NCBI GenBank assembly: GCA_037443035.1
Contig: JBBIPC010000016.1
Coordinates: forward strand, 1 to 61,731
Origin: Chthonomonadales bacterium
GTDB taxonomy: Bacteria; Armatimonadota; Chthonomonadetes; Chthonomonadales; CAJBBX01
Length of the DNA stretch: 61,731 bases
Direction: 5' to 3'
Positions 57,705 through 61,731 of the stretch are shown here, piece after piece. Positions within the stretch are counted from its first letter, which is position 1. Each line of letters begins with the position of its first letter. Below the pieces are notes generated by a model. It made no database searches and was not told where the DNA came from. It worked only from the letters and a program-made list of their open reading frames with translations. The position numbers and the translations under genes were made by a program.

Positions 57705-59321
57705 TCATGGATGTATGGCGCCGGCCGGTATCTCGTCGTGTGCAGTGGCATGAGGGCCGAAGCGAATGTGCTTCCCTCTGAACTCCACGGGCCGCGTGCC
57801 CCAAGTGGCCAGCGTCAGGCCCAGGCAAACTAGACAACACACGATGGCGCCCGGAATGCCCACCGTGATCGTTCTCCGCAGCATTCTAGTCCCGTATCCA
57901 GCCTCGGCCGCAGAAGGAGTTACGGACCCGGCGGTGATGAGCAGCAGCGCCGACAGCAGGGCGGCATGCAGGAGGATGACCCCCTCCGTCACTAAGCGCT
58001 GGGGTGCGAAGCTGACGACTGCCCGCTCGAAGTTCACTGCCACCATGCACCACAGGAATGTCAGGAACAGCAACTCGCCCTTAGCCAGCCATGAACCGGA
58101 CAGGAGTGCAATCGGCTTCCGGCAGTGGCGGACGAGGACCCAAATCACTGCTGCTGCCAAAGCCAGGTAACCGATATTGAACCAGGTTATTGGCTGGAAC
58201 CAGTAGAGGACCTGGGACATGGCGCCGGCCTTGACCCATTCCTCGGGGTTCTTCCGCGCATTCAGGTACGTAAGGAGGAGCACAACGCAGGCGGGCGCGA
58301 ACCAGTCGGTCCACCGACGCACGGGAGGGTCATCCGAAACCTCCGGTGCGCTGCGTGCGCTGAGCCACATGGCCACGCCGATGCCGATGCCGTTGATCAG
58401 CCCGTACGTCTGCTCCAGGATGCTATGCCAGTTAGTCTGCCAACCTGTTCTTAGCTCTGCAATCTGCAACGCGGTGGCGAGAGAGAAGCCCACTCCGCCC
58501 ACGAACCCCGTCACCAGCGACGCCAGCAACACGCCCGAGAGATTCCGCCGGCGCAGGTAGAACCAAGCCGCTCCTACCGCTCCAAGGCAGCCGGCCCAGT
58601 TGTCGCCTCGGGGTGGCGTCATACGCCAATGCAGCAGAACCGGAAAGAGCAGAAACCCCACCCACCACCCAATGGCCAGGTGGAGCATTAGCGCTGTTGC
58701 CTCATCGCGCTTACGTCTTGCCAGCCGATAGACGAGGGGTACGAGGATGCCGATGAGTGCCGTGGTCCAGTCGCTGTCGTACCAGTAGAGTGGCTCTTCC
58801 TGACGGTAGAGAGGATTCCCCGAGATCGTCTTGCCGTGGAGCCACCGCGCTAGCCAGACGTTGAGAGGATCGTAGGTGAGATCATGCAATGTGAGGATGG
58901 CAAAGAACCAGAGAAGTGGCGGGAAGAACTCCGTCAGGCGTTCGCGGTTCAGGTAAGCAGGGAGCGCAGTACCCAACCCACCCAGGGCGCCCCAGAGGAA
59001 GCCGATAAGATACAGCGACGCGAAGCCGTAGAGCACGTTCGGTGGATCACCGCAATGCGTGTAGGACAGGACGTGGCCGTAGGACATGGAGCCGCCGAAG
59101 GCCCAGCCGATGGCTCCGAAGAGAGCGAAGAACGCGATACGCCGATGCCAGTCATGCCGCCCGCTCACGAGGACAGCCCCCATGGCTGCCAGAGCGCCAG
59201 GGATCATGGCACCGTGCTCGTGTCCGAAGTTACCCCGAATCCCCCAGCCAATGGAGAGAGCCATGGCGGGTATGACGATCATAGGCCAGCGCATGGCCGC
59301 ACGATCTGACCGCACCGACAT
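57705..59321 (-). CDS. Uncharacterised multi-pass membrane protein (roughly 13-15 TM segments)
   Basis: Many hydrophobic segments; WGIRGNFGHEHGA, GGSMSYG and NWHSILEQ motifs; AAGGAGG RBS. Confidence 0.75.
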   Translation of the reverse strand: MSVRSDRAAMRWPMIVIPAMALSIGWGIRGNFGHEHGAMIPGALAAMGAVLVSGRHDWHRRIAFFALFGAIGWAFGGSMSYGHVLSYTHCGDPPNVLYGFASLYLIGFLWGALGGLGTALPAYLNRERLTEFFPPLLWFFAILTLHDLTYDPLNVWLARWLHGKTISGNPLYRQEEPLYWYDSDWTTALIGILVPLVYRLARRKRDEATALMLHLAIGWWVGFLLFPVLLHWRMTPPRGDNWAGCLGAVGAAWFYLRRRNLSGVLLASLVTGFVGGVGFSLATALQIAELRTGWQTNWHSILEQTYGLINGIGIGVAMWLSARSAPEVSDDPPVRRWTDWFAPACVVLLLTYLNARKNPEEWVKAGAMSQVLYWFQPITWFNIGYLALAAAVIWVLVRHCRKPIALLSGSWLAKGELLFLTFLWCMVAVNFERAVVSFAPQRLVTEGVILLHAALLSALLLITAGSVTPSAAEAGYGTRMLRRTITVGIPGAIVCCLVCLGLTLATWGTRPVEFRGKHIRFGPHATAHDEIPAGAIHP

Positions 59322-59411
59322 GGGCCGAGCCTCCTTCCGAGGTCTGCAGTATCGTTCGGTGTCGTCCGGGCACTCTCCTACAGCGAGTGGGACGGCGACT
59401 CGGGGTGACGC

Positions 59412-59879
59412 TTAGACCTCGGCTGACCAGACGACAGCAACCTCGCTGCAATCCGCGAAACGGGAACAGTGCATGCACTCGGTCCAGACCTTCCTGGGTA
59501 GAAGTGCCTTGTCCACCCGGCGGAAGCCCATCTTCTCGAACAGCTCCGGTACGTACGTCAGGGCGAACACTTCGCGCACACCCAAGTCAGGAGCTTCGTG
59601 CAGACAGGCTTGCACGAGCCTGCGGGCATGGCCCTGTCCCTGGTACTCCTGGGCCACAGCGAGAGACTTGATCTCCGCCAAGTCCTTCCAACTCACATGG
59701 AGAGCAGCGCAGGCGACCACCTGCCCATCCGTCTCCACCACGTAGAAATCCCGCACCGTCTCGTAGAGCTGGCTGAGACTGCGCGGTAGCATCAGCTCTC
59801 GATCCGCGTAGGCATTCACCAAGCGGTGGATGGCTGGAACGTCAGCCGTCGTAGCTTTTCGCACCTGGGGAGCGGTCAT
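59412..59879 (-). CDS. argA: Short GNAT-type N-acetylglutamate synthase / amino-acid N-acetyltransferase
   Basis: MLPRSLSQLYE.VRDF, ALHVSW.DLAEIKSLAV, VFALTY and LPRKVWTEC..C motifs. Start is 59879 or 59903. Confidence 0.72.
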   Translation of the reverse strand: MTAPQVRKATTADVPAIHRLVNAYADRELMLPRSLSQLYETVRDFYVVETDGQVVACAALHVSWKDLAEIKSLAVAQEYQGQGHARRLVQACLHEAPDLGVREVFALTYVPELFEKMGFRRVDKALLPRKVWTECMHCSRFADCSEVAVVWSAEV

Positions 59880-59941
59880 AGGATATTGCAGAGGCTCGGT
59901 CACGGTTCGGGATGGGACAGGATCCTACCTACGTGGCGAGC

Positions 59942-61225
59942 CTATTCCTCCACTCGCAACCAGTTCTCGACCGAGTGAACCTCTGGTATGCCAGCCAGCT
60001 CGCTCAGTGCACGACGCATGTTCGCTTCCTTGACCTGATGGGTTACCCAGATGGCCTCGGCCACCCGCTGGGCATTGGCACGCACGGAGGCGATGCTCAC
60101 GTCATGCCTGCCGAAGACGCCTGCAATGGCTGCCAGAGTTCCCGGACGGTCGCTGACGTACATGCGGACGTAGTAGCGGGTCTCGACGCTATCCATGGGC
60201 AAGATCCGCTTGTTCTCGAAGCAGGTGCAGGCGATGCGGCCTGTCGCGTTGTGAACCATGTTGCGGCAGACGTCCATGATGTCGCCCACGACGGCGCTTC
60301 CCGTCGCCATCATGCCAGCACCCTGACCATAGAAGATGACGTCCCCTACCGCGTTTCCACGAACGAGGATGGAGTTGTAAGGTCCGCTCGTGGCGGCTAG
60401 AGGATGGCCCACCGGAACGAGAGCGGGATGGACGCGGACTTGGACGGCATCCTCCCCTGCACTCTGTCCGATGGCGAGGAGCTTGACGACATACCCCATC
60501 TCGCGCGCGTGCTCGATGTCGTGGGCCGTTACCCGGCTGATGCCTTCTGTGTAGACCTGCGACGGATCCACGCGGCTCGTGAACGCAATGGAACTGAGGA
60601 TGGCGATCTTGTACTGTGCGTCGTATCCTTCCACATCGTTCGTGGGATCGGCTTCGGCGTAGCCTCGCGCCTGCGCGTCCCGGAGTACGTCCTCGAACTC
60701 GGCGCCTTCCTCGGTCATGCGTGTAAGAATGTAATTCGTCGTGCCGTTAACGATGCCTTTGACTTCCGTGATGCGGTTCCCTGCCAGAGCGCTCTTCATG
60801 GCTTGAACAATCGGGATGCCGCCTCCAACCGACCCCTCGAACATGAAGTCCAGACCCGCCTGAGAGGCCAGATGCATGGGTTCGTGGCCTTCCTTGGCGA
60901 TGAGCTCCTTATTGGCCGTGACGACCGACTTGCCGTTCTGGATGGCGCGCAGCAAGTACTCGCGAGCAGGGTGCACGCCGCCGATGAGCTCGCATACTAT
61001 GCGAATACTCGGGTCGTCGAGAACCTCATGGGGATCGTTCGTCAGGAGGGCACGATCCACCTGGACGTGACGCGGCTTGTGCAGGTCCCGCACCGCGATC
61101 CGCTTGATGCGGATCCTGGCGCCGACCTTGCGGGCGATGGCCTCCTCGTTCTCCTGGAGCACTTTGACCGTGCCCGAGCCGACCACACCCAGACCCAGGA
61201 TTCCAATGTCAATCGTGTCCGGCAT
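59942..61225 (-). CDS. hom: Homoserine dehydrogenase with C-terminal ACT domain
   Basis: GLGVVGSG, VVTANK, FEGSVGGGIP, GIVNGTTNYIL, GYAEADPT.DVEG.D...K and DRPGTLA motifs. Confidence 0.96.
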   Translation of the reverse strand: MPDTIDIGILGLGVVGSGTVKVLQENEEAIARKVGARIRIKRIAVRDLHKPRHVQVDRALLTNDPHEVLDDPSIRIVCELIGGVHPAREYLLRAIQNGKSVVTANKELIAKEGHEPMHLASQAGLDFMFEGSVGGGIPIVQAMKSALAGNRITEVKGIVNGTTNYILTRMTEEGAEFEDVLRDAQARGYAEADPTNDVEGYDAQYKIAILSSIAFTSRVDPSQVYTEGISRVTAHDIEHAREMGYVVKLLAIGQSAGEDAVQVRVHPALVPVGHPLAATSGPYNSILVRGNAVGDVIFYGQGAGMMATGSAVVGDIMDVCRNMVHNATGRIACTCFENKRILPMDSVETRYYVRMYVSDRPGTLAAIAGVFGRHDVSIASVRANAQRVAEAIWVTHQVKEANMRRALSELAGIPEVHSVENWLRVEE

Positions 61226-61682
61226 CTTCCTCATCCTCTGGACGAATCGCCCGCAGGTACAGCAATGGCTGCCCAGGCTTCACTAGGTCCCCATCATCTA
61301 CAGCGATCTCGTCCACGATTCCGGCCGCCTCACTGGGAATCTCCGAAAACACCTTCATTGCCTCGATCATTCCGATGGTCTGGCCGACCTCCACGCGATC
61401 ACCGACCTCGACATAGGGGCGTTCGTTGGGTGCAGGCGAGCGGTAGAACACGCCCACCATGGGGGCCACCACAGCTACGCGTGCGTCGTCCTTCGACAGG
61501 TCTTCCTCGTCCGGGCCCACAGGAGCATCCGTTGGCTCGGGTAGAACGACCGCCGCATTGCCGCAGCCCCGTATCTCGTAGCGACAACCGTCTTCTTCGA
61601 CGATGAGCTTGGCCAGTCCCCGGGTCTCCACCAGACGGATCAGCTCGGCCAGGCGTTCCAGGTTTACAGACTTGTCGGACAT
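61209..61682 (-). CDS. accB: Acetyl-CoA carboxylase biotin carboxyl carrier protein
   Basis: APMVGVFYRSPAP and IEAMKVFSEI biotinylation motif. Confidence 0.93.
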   Translation of the reverse strand: MSDKSVNLERLAELIRLVETRGLAKLIVEEDGCRYEIRGCGNAAVVLPEPTDAPVGPDEEDLSKDDARVAVVAPMVGVFYRSPAPNERPYVEVGDRVEVGQTIGMIEAMKVFSEIPSEAAGIVDEIAVDDGDLVKPGQPLLYLRAIRPEDEEDAGHD

Positions 61683-61731
61683 GGGCTTACCTTACCCCAC
61701 GGCGCGGCAATGGCTGCACATCCGCGGAGGA

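Noticed and set aside
61687..61731. 3' end of an upstream minus-strand gene (SSADVQPLPRRGVR*)
   Set aside because: Only 14 codons are visible, so it cannot be identified or confirmed.

Overview
This is a gene-dense, GC-rich bacterial chromosomal segment with about 50 CDS. I saw no rRNA, tRNA, CRISPR array, prophage or transposase. The DUF1559/H-X9-DG prepilin-like gene ([33 protein letters not shown]), a PEP-CTERM protein and many Tat-exported or sugar enzymes suggest Armatimonadota (inference). Housekeeping genes (alaS, gpmI, pfkA, uvrC, hom, accB, short ArgA-type acetyltransferase) are mixed with glycan, sugar-acid and sulfate catabolism genes (dgoD, ceramidase-like, GH140, GH116, Gfo/Idh/MocA, Ogl-like, two sulfatases plus anSME, rhaM, BNR sialidase-like, GH20-like). 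The best candidate for an undescribed system is a three-gene operon at 50762-53692: a PlcP-type phospholipase/metallophosphoesterase, an internally duplicated CrtO-like membrane acyltransferase and an MGDG/UgtP-type glycosyltransferase. Together they would form a phospholipid-to-acylated-glycolipid remodelling route. Other items not shown by the ORF track: a GTAG-REP/BIME array (1-166), a second nested inverted-repeat element (13566-13759), an ADP-ribosylglycohydrolase remnant with a 7-bp duplication at its breakpoint, a structured leader before an NlpC/P60 gene, and a dgoD whose homologous start codon is GTA. All family calls come from motif recognition by eye, not from database searches. Several starts were moved from the ORF track using RBS position or stop/start overlaps.
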